Shown piece after piece: positions 51,212-60,861 of a stretch of DNA of 64,000 nucleotides (positions are counted from its first letter, which is position 1; each line of letters begins with the position of its first letter). The notes under the pieces are model-generated. The model saw only the letters and a list, made by a program, of their open reading frames with translations, did not search any database and had not been told where the DNA came from. Source of the stretch: Candidatus Nanopelagicales bacterium (GTDB taxonomy: Bacteria > Actinomycetota > Actinomycetes > S36-B12); assembly GCA_017857175.1 (NCBI GenBank), contig JAFMDS010000006.1, positions 575 to 64,574 on the forward strand, written 5' to 3'. Position numbers and translations under genes: made by a program.

Positions 51212-52465
51212 TCAACTGGGTTCTGGTGTGCCTTCGGTTGAAAGCTCGGGCTCAAAACGCTGGTCAAAGGCCGTGGTGAGTATCGGGCTGGTCAGCTCGA
51301 TCTGCCAATCACGGGCACCGCCCTGTCTCATTTGGTGCGCAAGGCCTTCTAAGGAGTCGATTGGCTCATTCCAGCATAGGCGACGCAGAAGGTCTGGCTG
51401 AAGGATATTTTCCATCGGAATCTGGATGCGTTCGGAGAGTTCTGAGATGGCAGCTCGCGCGTACTCGAGTCGGGCAAATGCGTCGGGGTTCTTATCAGCC
51501 CAGGCCCGAGGCGGGGGTGGACCCTCACCACGGGGAGGCTTACCCGGTAACTCAGATTCACCAAGGCTTCTAGCCCGTTCGATCGCAGAAAACCACTGAT
51601 GTTCATATCTCTTGGCACCCCGCCCATTGAACTCTTTGATGGATATCAGATCTTTAACTGACGAGGGGTTACTAGCAGCAGCCGCAACAATTGCCCTGTC
51701 AGGCAGGATGCGGCCCGGCGCTATGTCGCGACGGCGAGCAATGTCATCGCGGGTTATCCAAAGTTCGCGAGCGATGCCTCTGCCCAGTGGAGTTTTTAGT
51801 GCGTGTACCCCAGATGTGCGGCGCCATCCTTCTCCAGTTTGCGCCCGAGGTTCCCAACTCAGCAGGGCGGTAAATTCTTGCTGAGCATATTCCCACTTGC
51901 CCGTGGAATGAAGGTCCGCTGCCAAAGAATCTCGCAATTCGACGAGTAGCTCAACATCTAATGCGGCATACCTGAGCATTTCATTCGTGAGTGGGCGCAT
52001 TGACCAATTGGCGGCGCCATGCCCTTTTTCTAGGTGGGCTCCCAATTCGGCATCGATCAATGCGGCCAAACCAACTCGCTCGCGCCCCAGCAGGCGCCCC
52101 GCGAGTTCTGTGTCAAAAAGAGCGCTTGGATGCATTCCCACTTCGCGTAAACAGTCAAGATCCTGCGTGGCTGCATGCAAAATCCATTCGATGCCAGCGG
52201 TGGCCTCCTGCACCACGGAAAGGTCCTTGAATGATGTGGGGTCAATGAGTGCTGTTCCCGCACCCTCACGGCGCAACTGAATGAGGTAAGCACGCTGTGA
52301 ATAGGTAAATCCTGACGCCCGCTCTGCATCTAGGGCCAGAGGTCCGTGGCCGTCAGCGAGTTTGTGGGTGTAGTCGCGCAAACGAAGTTCTGTTGTTATG
52401 ACCTCGGGCAGTGGCTCGCGAAGGGCGAAGGGTTCTCTTGCTACGTCCTCGAGTTCTTCATCCAC
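51212..52465 (-). CDS. rnd: Ribonuclease D (3'-5' exonuclease plus HRDC)
   Basis: ALDAERASG, HAATQDL, FDTELA, YAALDVE, HRDC region. Confidence 0.92.
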   Translation of the reverse strand: MDEELEDVAREPFALREPLPEVITTELRLRDYTHKLADGHGPLALDAERASGFTYSQRAYLIQLRREGAGTALIDPTSFKDLSVVQEATAGIEWILHAATQDLDCLREVGMHPSALFDTELAGRLLGRERVGLAALIDAELGAHLEKGHGAANWSMRPLTNEMLRYAALDVELLVELRDSLAADLHSTGKWEYAQQEFTALLSWEPRAQTGEGWRRTSGVHALKTPLGRGIARELWITRDDIARRRDIAPGRILPDRAIVAAAASNPSSVKDLISIKEFNGRGAKRYEHQWFSAIERARSLGESELPGKPPRGEGPPPPRAWADKNPDAFARLEYARAAISELSERIQIPMENILQPDLLRRLCWNEPIDSLEGLAHQMRQGGARDWQIELTSPILTTAFDQRFEPELSTEGTPEPS

Positions 52466-53045
52466 GACGGCGAGCCGCATTAACGTGTACTACCCCAGCA
52501 GGAATGGGCGTTAACCCTCCAGCGAACTCCATGCAGGATACCCACGCATTGAGATGCATTGCCAGATCGTCCAGCGGCTGGCCAGTGGCAGATTCTTCTG
52601 GGGTCCAGGAACTGCGAACTTCAACGAATCCATCCGACGGTCGGTCAGAAAGTGAGCCGAATGACTCCCCGAAATTTGTGGTGACGGTTCCGCCAAGTTC
52701 CGTAATACGTAGGTTCGTCGTGGACTCGGTAACCCAACTCCAAGCGACAGGGCGTACTAATTCGTCATTGAGCACATCAGGCTCGAGTGCCGCTCGAAAA
52801 AACACGACGACTCTAAATGTACCCGCCCATTCGTCGACGCCATCAGGATCATGGAGCAGCACGAATCTGCCAGAAAAGGAGTCGTCGTCTAAGTCAGTTG
52901 GTTCAGCCGTCATTGCGAGCGCAAAGGGTGCCAGGCGCGATGGCGCAGGTACCTCAGTAACGCTGATATCAGCACGCAGGGCAACCGCTCGAATTTTCTC
53001 CACAGCCGAGGTAAACGTTTCAGCTTGAGAAGTTACGGTACGCAC
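52458..53045 (-). CDS. DUF3000 family protein
   Basis: PAPSRLAPFA, GRFVLLHDP, GGTVT....ESFG, E.RSSWTP. Confidence 0.88.
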   Translation of the reverse strand: MRTVTSQAETFTSAVEKIRAVALRADISVTEVPAPSRLAPFALAMTAEPTDLDDDSFSGRFVLLHDPDGVDEWAGTFRVVVFFRAALEPDVLNDELVRPVAWSWVTESTTNLRITELGGTVTTNFGESFGSLSDRPSDGFVEVRSSWTPEESATGQPLDDLAMHLNAWVSCMEFAGGLTPIPAGVVHVNAARRRG

Positions 53046-53118
53046 CGCTTTAGGTTAATCAAGTTGCATGATCAGATGCAGCTGCCGCGCCGAAACCCAG
53101 ATATACTTCTAATGAATT

Positions 53119-53571
53119 CTAATTTGTCTCTGCAAAATTGACGCTGATTGAATTTATGCAAAAGCGCAAATCGGTGGGTGTATCGAATCCTTCGCCCTCA
53201 AAAACATGTCCAAGGTGGCCGCCGCAGTTGGCACACCGAACCTCAGTTCGAATCCGACCCCCGGATCGATCCTCCAAGTACAAAACACGATCCTGTGCGA
53301 GGGGTGTGTAGAAGCTCGGCCACCCGCATTGCGAATCGAATTTTGTGTCGCTGGTGAACAGTTCGCTTCCACATGCGCGGCACGAATACGTGCCCTTGGC
53401 CTTGTTGTCGGTAAATTCCCCCTGAAAGGCTGGTTCCGTGCCAGATTTACGTAGAACCTGGTACTCGGCGGGACTGAGCCGTTCATTCCATTCGGCTTCG
53501 CTCAAGACAACGGGAAATGGTGTTCCATCTGGGCGCAATGGGCCATCGTTGGCGGGGTCTGAATGTGACAT
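53119..53571 (-). CDS. msrB: Peptide methionine-(R)-sulfoxide reductase
   Basis: GTEPAF, CRAC, GWPSF, CANCGGHLGHVF, RFCINS. Confidence 0.95.
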   Translation of the reverse strand: MSHSDPANDGPLRPDGTPFPVVLSEAEWNERLSPAEYQVLRKSGTEPAFQGEFTDNKAKGTYSCRACGSELFTSDTKFDSQCGWPSFYTPLAQDRVLYLEDRSGGRIRTEVRCANCGGHLGHVFEGEGFDTPTDLRFCINSISVNFAETN

Positions 53572-53630
53572 GCGCACAGCCTATGTCGCATTTATCGGTG
53601 TCGCATCATTAATCGTGCGAAGATGGGCTC

Positions 53631-54170
53631 GTGCTATTCGACCTCTTGGAAAATTCTGGTGCCTGGCTCTCTGATCAAGACTTGGATCAGGCCCGGGCAA
53701 ATCTCCCAATCGTTTACGTTGATGCAATTCCGGTTCGAGTCGATTCATCGGGAACTGTCACTGAAGTCGGGTTGCTTCTTCGGGCATTGCCAGATGGCAC
53801 GATCAGTCGGGCGATAGTCTCCGGTCGAGTTCTGTATCGGGAACGAATCCGTGACGCCATCATGAGGCATATTGAGAAGGATCTTGGCCCGTTGGCCTTT
53901 CCCAAATTGCCTGCGTCACCACAACCGTTCACCGTAGTTGAGTACTTCCCCGATCCCACCGTGACGGGGTTCCACGACCCGCGCCAACATGCCATCTCAC
54001 TGGCATATGTCGTGCCCGTGGAAGGCGAATGCGTCCCCTCCCAGGATTCACTGGACCTCATGTGGGTAAGTCCTGCGGATGCAACAAGCCCAGAATTTGA
54101 GGCAGAAATAGTTGGGGGACAGGGACGATTGGTGCGCATGGCGCTCGCGCATTGTGGTTTGTTGTTGTGA
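53631..54170 (+). CDS. DUF4916 NUDIX-like protein
   Basis: LPIVYVDAIPVR, SGRV..RE, EYFP, DPRQHA. Confidence 0.85.
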   Translation: MLFDLLENSGAWLSDQDLDQARANLPIVYVDAIPVRVDSSGTVTEVGLLLRALPDGTISRAIVSGRVLYRERIRDAIMRHIEKDLGPLAFPKLPASPQPFTVVEYFPDPTVTGFHDPRQHAISLAYVVPVEGECVPSQDSLDLMWVSPADATSPEFEAEIVGGQGRLVRMALAHCGLLL

Positions 54171-54171
54171 A

Positions 54172-54969
54172 TTAACTCGGATAACCCGCAAAATTCGGTG
54201 GCTGTTTATTGGCTTTCCCGATCAAAGCTTGCTGTAAGTCTTCCCTTTTGAACGCGTGAGCCATCTCCGTGAAAGCATCGTCAGCAGCAGGATTGAACTC
54301 GGCCAACTGACCTCGCATGATTTGGGCTTTTATCACCGCAACCGAAGCGGGTGAGCAGTTAGTCACGAGGTCGCGCGCATACGCGTAGGCATCTGCAAGT
54401 GGATCGTTAGATGCGCAATGAACCAGTTTCATATCCGCGGCCTCGGCCCCTGAAATCGTTCGACCGCTAATGAGCAAATCAGTTGCTTGCCCTAGACCGA
54501 TCAGGCGGGGTAATAGCCAGGCAACGCCGTACTCTGCAATGAGTCCCAGCCGAACAAATGTCGTGCTCAATTTTGCATCGACGTGGGCAAATCTAACGTC
54601 AGCGCTAATTGCGATGACAAATCCAAGTCCGGCCGCGGGACCGTTGATTGCAGTGATTACGGGTGTTCCAAGGTGGATGATTTTCCCAGGCACCGTTCGG
54701 TGGCTTTGCCCATCAAGAAACCCCTGAACGACTTCAGGGTCCGTGCCCAAGACGCTCAAGTCCGCGCCGGAGCAGAAGCCTCTGCCAGAGCCTGTAACCA
54801 CGATTGCACGGACCTGTGGGTCCGCATCCGCGCGGTCGAGCAAGTCTGAATATGCATGAATCATCTCGGGTCTCAGAGCATTGAGTTTCTCTGGACGATT
54901 GAAAGTAATGGTGGCAATGTGGTCCTGGACGCTGTATAGGACGAAATCATTCCTGGCGGATTCGGTCAT
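54172..54969 (-). CDS. Enoyl-CoA hydratase/isomerase family protein
   Basis: NRPEKLNA, FCSGADL, AINGPAAG, GLIAEYG. Confidence 0.9.
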   Translation of the reverse strand: MTESARNDFVLYSVQDHIATITFNRPEKLNALRPEMIHAYSDLLDRADADPQVRAIVVTGSGRGFCSGADLSVLGTDPEVVQGFLDGQSHRTVPGKIIHLGTPVITAINGPAAGLGFVIAISADVRFAHVDAKLSTTFVRLGLIAEYGVAWLLPRLIGLGQATDLLISGRTISGAEAADMKLVHCASNDPLADAYAYARDLVTNCSPASVAVIKAQIMRGQLAEFNPAADDAFTEMAHAFKREDLQQALIGKANKQPPNFAGYPS

Positions 54970-55069
54970 GGCTTATTCATACCAGCAAATGATCGGGTGA
55001 ATGTCGTAGACTCCAATTGCAGGTTGAACGAGGTCTGTTGTAGTGAGCGATTCTTAGGGGAGTGCACCA

Positions 55070-55339
55070 ATGTCACAGAATTTTGCAAAATCGGGAGCGA
55101 AAAAGAAGGGCATGACAATCACCTGGCGGGGGATAGTCCTCATCGTCATAGTTGTGATCTTGATCGTGTTCGGCGTTCAGAATCTCAACTCAGCAACCAT
55201 TAGTTTCCTTGGTTTTGATGTCAGTGTTCCCGTCTGGCTGCTTGTGCCAGGGACGTTCATTCTTGGAATGGTCTTTGGGGGCGTTGTCAAAGGCACGGCT
55301 CGAAAACTGCGCAAACCGCACCCTGAGGTGAAGGGCTAG
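55070..55339 (+). CDS. Small LapA/DUF1049-like membrane protein
   Basis: TM-QN...ISFL......PVWL-TM, basic tail. Confidence 0.7.
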   Translation: MSQNFAKSGAKKKGMTITWRGIVLIVIVVILIVFGVQNLNSATISFLGFDVSVPVWLLVPGTFILGMVFGGVVKGTARKLRKPHPEVKG

Positions 55340-55788
55340 TCCTGATAAGGGTCAATTCCGAGCGCCGTTTTGTCTTCATCGGTCAATGGTCCAACAGGCT
55401 CATCAAATTGGTCAAAGTTTGGATCTGCACGTTGTTCGTTGGTCTCATCATCGAGATACTCATCTGATTCAACAATATGCATGGCGGCGCTTTCGGCCGG
55501 AATGTACGGCGAGGGGTTCAAGCCACCCGCGTGCATTGGGTCATCACTTGAGTCTTCAGCATCCTCCATGGCCAAGGTTTCTTCCGTATCCTCCAACGGA
55601 TACGACAACCCATCAAGTGATCCCTCACCGCCATACTCCCCGGATGTTCCTCGAATGGCGTTCCGGGCAGCTTCTGCCTCCATGATCATGGTAAGTCGAT
55701 CCGCTTGATCTGCGGAGTCACCGCTCGGATCGGTCATATCAACAGTTGATTGGGCGATTTGCGCAGGATCAATTTCCTCATGGCTCAT
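55336..55788 (-). CDS. Highly acidic hypothetical protein (DUF5709-like motif)
   Basis: Asp/Glu-rich; PAESAAMHIV motif; TAGATT -10 lies 6 nt before the ATG. Confidence 0.55.
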   Translation of the reverse strand: MSHEEIDPAQIAQSTVDMTDPSGDSADQADRLTMIMEAEAARNAIRGTSGEYGGEGSLDGLSYPLEDTEETLAMEDAEDSSDDPMHAGGLNPSPYIPAESAAMHIVESDEYLDDETNEQRADPNFDQFDEPVGPLTDEDKTALGIDPYQD

Positions 55789-55855
55789 GACAAGAATCTA
55801 CTCTGCATTTGCCTGTCATGTGACCTGGGAAAATATTCCATGCCAGACTAGTCAC

Positions 55856-56797
55856 ATGACCGCTTTTGCTGAGGATCTTGCAACACTCGACCTGCTCACC
55901 CAACTGGAACCCGTGGTTGAACAAGAACTCAATCGACACATCACACAAGCGAAAGAATGGTTTCCCCACGATTACGTTCCATGGGACGAGGCAACAAACT
56001 TCGCTCACCTCGGTGGTGAAGACTGGACTCCGGAACAACGCCGCTTTAGTGAGGCTGCTCGGACGAGTCTCATAATTAATCTGCTGACCGAGGACAACCT
56101 TCCCAGTTACCACCATGAGATCGCCACCATATTTGGGCGCGATGGCGCATGGGGTGAATGGGTTGGGCGTTGGACCGCTGAAGAAGGACGGCATGGCACC
56201 GCCATCAGGGACTACTTAGTCGTCACACGCGCTGTCGACCCTGTTGCATTGGAGCGCGCTCGCATGGTGCATATGCAGGAAGGGTTCCAGGCAATACACC
56301 CGGGGATTTTGGCAGGCTTGTCCTACGTCTCATTCCAAGAATTAGCCACTCGCGTCTCGCATCGCAACACGGGCGTGGCAACAGGAGACCCCATCGCTGA
56401 AGCATTGCTTCAGCGCATTGCTCTAGATGAGAATTTGCACATGATTTTCTATCGAAACCTCCTGGCTGCGGCATTGGAGATTGCTCCGGACCCAACGATG
56501 GTTGCGATCTTGAAGAGTGTTCGAGATTTCGCCATGCCTGGTCACGGGATCGACGGATTCCAGCGCAAGGCAGTCGAGATCGCAGTTGCTGGAATCTATG
56601 ACCTAAAACAGCACCGTGACGAGGTCCTCATGCCCGTGTTGCGCAAGTGGAAGATCTTCGACCGTAATGATTTCGGTGCAGAGGGAAATGCGGCCAGAGA
56701 AGAACTGGCGGAAATTCTCGCTGATATGGATGTCAACGTGAATCGGTTCGAAGAGCGACGCGAGGCCTTGAAAGCACGACTGAGTTCCAGAGACTGA
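55856..56797 (+). CDS. Acyl-ACP desaturase (DesA1-like)
   Basis: WFPHDYVPW, TEDNLPSY, WTAEEGRH, FQELAT, DENLH di-iron motifs. Confidence 0.93.
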   Translation: MTAFAEDLATLDLLTQLEPVVEQELNRHITQAKEWFPHDYVPWDEATNFAHLGGEDWTPEQRRFSEAARTSLIINLLTEDNLPSYHHEIATIFGRDGAWGEWVGRWTAEEGRHGTAIRDYLVVTRAVDPVALERARMVHMQEGFQAIHPGILAGLSYVSFQELATRVSHRNTGVATGDPIAEALLQRIALDENLHMIFYRNLLAAALEIAPDPTMVAILKSVRDFAMPGHGIDGFQRKAVEIAVAGIYDLKQHRDEVLMPVLRKWKIFDRNDFGAEGNAAREELAEILADMDVNVNRFEERREALKARLSSRD

Positions 56798-57002
56798 CGT
56801 TTTCCGTTTTCACGAGATGATAAGAGCCCGAATGCGGTGATTTACCGTGTTTACACGGTACTGAAACCGCCGCAGAGTAATTCACGTTTTCAGGCAATGC
56901 CCTGCGACGCCCGGGTGAGTCAATGCCTAAGAGCACACTCGAACCTGGCTGCAGAGGAAGATTTTTCAACGGGAAGATGATGAAGCACAAGTGCAATGTT
57001 TG

Positions 57003-57087
57003 TGTCCGAGGGGGGACTTGAACCCCCATGCCCTTTTGGGGCACTAGCACCTCAAGCTAGCGCGTCTGCCTATTCCGCCACCCGGAC
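57003..57087 (-). tRNA. tRNA-Leu(GAG), CCA not encoded
   Basis: GTCCGGG acceptor, GGCGGAATAGGCAGACGC D arm, CTAGC-TTGAGGT-GCTAG anticodon arm, long variable arm, GGGGGTTCAAGTCCCCC T arm. Confidence 0.96.
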
Positions 57088-57226
57088 TGGGTTACCGCTT
57101 GCGCGGCGAAGCGCAACTATACCCGCGGTCGTAATCGCTCCTTCACCCCCTCAGAATTGTGGGTCTGGATGTCCTGTTTGTGATCAGAGACCCAATTCGC
57201 GTTGCTCAAGATGGCATGATCAGTAC

Positions 57227-58576
57227 ATGAGCCCTGATCCACATGCGTATTCGTTGAGTTCATCGCAGCGACAAGCGCTGGAATCAGATGTCATCTCTCT
57301 GACCCAAGAGCTGATTCGCATTGACACGAGCAATTGGGGTGATTCGCCTGAAACTGTCGGTGAGGCAGAGGCCGCTGAATACTGCGCTGCTCGCCTTGCC
57401 GAAGTTGGTTGGCACCCTGAGGTGATCACGACTTCTTCGGACACTCGTCGGGGCTTGGTCTGTCGAATTCCGGGCACGGACCCGAATGCGAATGCCATCG
57501 TTGTTCACGGACATCTGGATGTGGTGCCGGCCATGGCACATGAATGGACCCATCCACCATTTGCTGCCGAGATCGCCGATGGCTTCATCTGGGGTCGCGG
57601 TGCGGTGGATATGAAAAATATGGATGCCATGATCTTGGCCATCGCGCGTCATTGGGGCAGGGAAGGCATTCGACCACGTCGGGACACCATCATTGTCTTT
57701 TTCCCAGACGAAGAAGCGGGTATGCAGCATGGTTCCCAGTGGTTTGTGCGCAATCGGCCCGATATTTTTGAAGGGGCAACTGAGGCAATCGGCGAGGTTG
57801 GCGGTTTTTCGATCTCCGTTCGCGATGATCTACGGCTGTACCCGATCCAGACGGCAGAGAAGGGAATTCGCTGGCTTCGATTGCGCGCAGCCGCCCGAGC
57901 CGGGCACGGATCGATGATTCATACTGACAATGCGGTAACTGAGTTAGCTCGTGCCGTGACAAGGGTCGGCGAACACAAGTGGCCGATTCGAAGGACGAAA
58001 ACTGTAGATCAGTTCCTTGCTTCTTTGAGTGATGCCTATGGAGTAGAAATTGACCCGGCTGACAGCGAGGGACTCGTTTCAAAACTTGGAACTCTTGGGC
58101 TCCTAGTTGGCGCCACCATGCAGAACACTGCCAACCCTTCCATGTTGCAGGCTGGCTACAAGGTGAACGTAATTCCAAGCGAAGCTGTTGCCTACGTCGA
58201 TGGGCGTGTATTGCCAGGATATGAACATGAATTCGATGCGACCATTCGCGAGTTGGTTGGTCAGTCCATTGAGATGGAGTACATGAGTCATGACATTGCA
58301 ATCGAGGCTCCGTTTGACACATTAACGGTGGATCTCATGGCGAGTGTTCTTCGGGCTGAAGACCCACAAGCGCTAACGGTTCCCTACATGATTTCTGGCG
58401 GTACTGACGCGAAAGCTTTGTCGAGCCTAGAAATTGACTGCTACGGATTTTCTCCACTTCAGATGCCAGCGGACCTAGATTATTGGCGCCTGTTCCATGG
58501 CGTGGACGAGCGAGTACCCGTGGATGGCCTGAAATTTGGTGTTCGGACTCTTGATCGATTCATGCAGTCCGTATAG
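57227..58576 (+). CDS. M20/M25/M40 family metallo-hydrolase
   Basis: HGHLDVVPA, WGRGAVDMK, DEEAG, GGTDAK, FHGVDER. Confidence 0.92.
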   Translation: MSPDPHAYSLSSSQRQALESDVISLTQELIRIDTSNWGDSPETVGEAEAAEYCAARLAEVGWHPEVITTSSDTRRGLVCRIPGTDPNANAIVVHGHLDVVPAMAHEWTHPPFAAEIADGFIWGRGAVDMKNMDAMILAIARHWGREGIRPRRDTIIVFFPDEEAGMQHGSQWFVRNRPDIFEGATEAIGEVGGFSISVRDDLRLYPIQTAEKGIRWLRLRAAARAGHGSMIHTDNAVTELARAVTRVGEHKWPIRRTKTVDQFLASLSDAYGVEIDPADSEGLVSKLGTLGLLVGATMQNTANPSMLQAGYKVNVIPSEAVAYVDGRVLPGYEHEFDATIRELVGQSIEMEYMSHDIAIEAPFDTLTVDLMASVLRAEDPQALTVPYMISGGTDAKALSSLEIDCYGFSPLQMPADLDYWRLFHGVDERVPVDGLKFGVRTLDRFMQSV

Positions 58577-58760
58577 GACGCATGACCTTTCTTTTGAGTC
58601 TTATCTTTTTGCGCCCATCCCTGAAGATTCGAGTCTGATCCAATTCCCAGCGTCCACGTTCAGCTTTAAAAGTGAGAAGTTCTCGTGTCTCTTCACGCCC
58701 TGTTTCCCGAGAGAATGAAATCTCTCGAAATTCCCAGACTGTTTCCCGACTCGAACCCAT
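58560..58760 (-). CDS. DUF5703 family small protein
   Basis: WEF...LT..AE.G.WEL....F.DGRKKI.LKRK. Confidence 0.8.
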   Translation of the reverse strand: MGSSRETVWEFREISFSRETGREETRELLTFKAERGRWELDQTRIFRDGRKKIRLKRKVMRPIRTA

Positions 58761-58764
58761 GCTG

Positions 58765-59748
58765 CTAGCGCCTCTGCGCCCATCCCGCTTCTGGGTAGCC
58801 CATCGCGGGCTCTGAAATATCGTCGAGTGCCGCATGGATTTCTGAGGGCAGTTGCAGTTCTAAACTTCCCAAGGCCAAAACCAACTGTGCAGCAGTTCTG
58901 GCACCGAGTATTGGTGCCACAACCCCGGGCCGATCACGCAACCAGGCGAGTGCGACCTCCGCCGGACTGGCACCGAGGCCTTCCGCAGCCGTCGCGACTG
59001 CATCGACAATCCTTCTTGCCCGCTCATCGTTGTAGGCGTTCACAAATGAACTGGTGTCCGGATTGGCACCCCTCGAGTCAATTGGTATTGAGTGCCGATA
59101 TTTACCGGTCAAGACACCTCGACCCAATGGGGACCAGGGAAGGATACCTATGCCTAGGGCTTCAGCTGATGGAATGATCTCCCGTTCAATCCCGCGCTCT
59201 AACAGGGAGTACTCCATTTGTGTTGTCACAATTGGAGCCAGTGGCCCCTTAACCTGTTGCAGCGTGCAAGCACGCGTTGTTTGCCAACCCGAGTAGTTGG
59301 AAATTCCGACATAACGAACTTTGCCACTCGATACTGCTTGATCGATGGCACTTAGGGTTTCATCGATTGGGGTGTTCGGATCCCAGGCGTGCATTTGCCA
59401 TAGATCTATGGTTTCAACGTCCAGGCGTTTGAGGCTTCTTTCCAGCGCCGCCAGTAGATGTTTGCGACTTGCATCAAACCTGCGCTCAGTATTGGGAAGC
59501 GAGACCGCTTTGGTCGCTAGCACGATTTGATCACGACATTCAAATTCCTGAATCAAAGTGCCAAGCAACTCTTCGCTGACACCATCGACGTAGACATCGG
59601 CCGTATCAATCAAGTTTCCACCAGCGTCAAGAAATGCAGCCAGTTGATCCCGAGCGTCATATTCATCCGTAGTGCGACCCCACGTCATGGTCCCAAGAGC
59701 TAACGCGCCGACCCGAATACCTGAGTTTCCCAGTGGTCTCATTTGCAT
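58765..59748 (-). CDS. Aldo/keto reductase
   Basis: LGTMTWG, IDTADVY, SLKRL...IDLWQMH, GKVRYVGISN, WSPLGRG.LTGKY. Confidence 0.93.
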   Translation of the reverse strand: MQMRPLGNSGIRVGALALGTMTWGRTTDEYDARDQLAAFLDAGGNLIDTADVYVDGVSEELLGTLIQEFECRDQIVLATKAVSLPNTERRFDASRKHLLAALERSLKRLDVETIDLWQMHAWDPNTPIDETLSAIDQAVSSGKVRYVGISNYSGWQTTRACTLQQVKGPLAPIVTTQMEYSLLERGIEREIIPSAEALGIGILPWSPLGRGVLTGKYRHSIPIDSRGANPDTSSFVNAYNDERARRIVDAVATAAEGLGASPAEVALAWLRDRPGVVAPILGARTAAQLVLALGSLELQLPSEIHAALDDISEPAMGYPEAGWAQRR

Positions 59749-59808
59749 GGCTCAACCGTATCCCGCATGGGCCTCGCATATGCGGATACGACGCCGTAGG
59801 CTGCTCCC

Positions 59809-60858
59809 ATGAAACTAGCCGTGAATTTGGGTTACTGGGGTGCGGGTAACGATGCTGATAATTTGGAAGTTGCCCGGGAGGCCGACCGTTTGGGTTATTC
59901 CTGCGTATGGGCTGCAGAGGCGTATGGTTCTGATGCAGCCACGGTGCTTACGTGGATAGCCGCGCAGACCGATCAGATAGATGTTGGCAGCGCGATTTTC
60001 CAAATCCCTGGTCGCACACCTGCGAACACGGCGATGACTTCTGCCACCCTCGACACACTCTCTGGTGGACGATTCCGGTTGGGCTTGGGGGTCTCGGGTC
60101 CGCAGGTCTCTGAAGGTTGGCATGGCGTGAAGTTCACCAAACCACTTCAGCGGACTAGGGAATATGTAGACATTGTCCGTTTGGCACTGTCTCGGCAGAG
60201 GGTCAGCTATGACGGAGAGTTTTTCACCTTGCCGTTGCCTGATGGCCCGGGCAAAGCCCTAACGCTCACGGTCCACCCTGTTCGGGAAACCATTCCAATT
60301 TATTTGGCGTCCATTGGTCCCAAAAATCTTGAACTGACTGGCGAGATCGCGGATGGGTGGCTGGCTATCTTCTTTTCACCGGAAAATGCTCCCGAACTCA
60401 TGAAGCCGCTCATTGCGGGACGTGAGAAAGCTGGCAAAACCATGGTGGGTTTTGATGTGGTTCCAACCGTTCCGGTTGTCCCTGGAGCAAGCGTGGAGGA
60501 ATGCGCAAACTACGTGCGCCCTTACACAGCGCTCTATGTCGGTGGAATGGGATCACGAGACAAAAACTTTTACAACCAGTTGGCCGTGCGCATGGGCTAT
60601 GAAGAAGCAGCCATTGAAATCCAAGAGAAGTACATGGCGAAGGACTACGCGGGAGCCGCAGCCGCCGTGCCACTTGAATTTATCGATGCCACCTCACTCC
60701 TCGGCCCACCGGCGCGCATTGCAAAGCGCTTACCTGCCTATGCTGAAGCAGGGGTCACAACCCTGAGCGTTGCTTCTTTCGCCGGCACCCTTGAAGAGCG
60801 TGTTGGAACCCTTCACATTATGAAGAAGGCACTCGCTGACTCTGGGGTGGGCGACTAG
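59809..60858 (+). CDS. LLM-class F420-dependent oxidoreductase
   Basis: AEAYGSDA, GLGVSGPQVSEGWHG, GPKNLELTGEIADGW, YVGGMG. Confidence 0.9.
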   Translation: MKLAVNLGYWGAGNDADNLEVAREADRLGYSCVWAAEAYGSDAATVLTWIAAQTDQIDVGSAIFQIPGRTPANTAMTSATLDTLSGGRFRLGLGVSGPQVSEGWHGVKFTKPLQRTREYVDIVRLALSRQRVSYDGEFFTLPLPDGPGKALTLTVHPVRETIPIYLASIGPKNLELTGEIADGWLAIFFSPENAPELMKPLIAGREKAGKTMVGFDVVPTVPVVPGASVEECANYVRPYTALYVGGMGSRDKNFYNQLAVRMGYEEAAIEIQEKYMAKDYAGAAAAVPLEFIDATSLLGPPARIAKRLPAYAEAGVTTLSVASFAGTLEERVGTLHIMKKALADSGVGD

Positions 60859-60861
60859 TAC

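Noticed and set aside
56996-57226. N-terminal extension of the M20 peptidase
   Set aside because: Runs antisense through tRNA-Leu; true start is probably 57227
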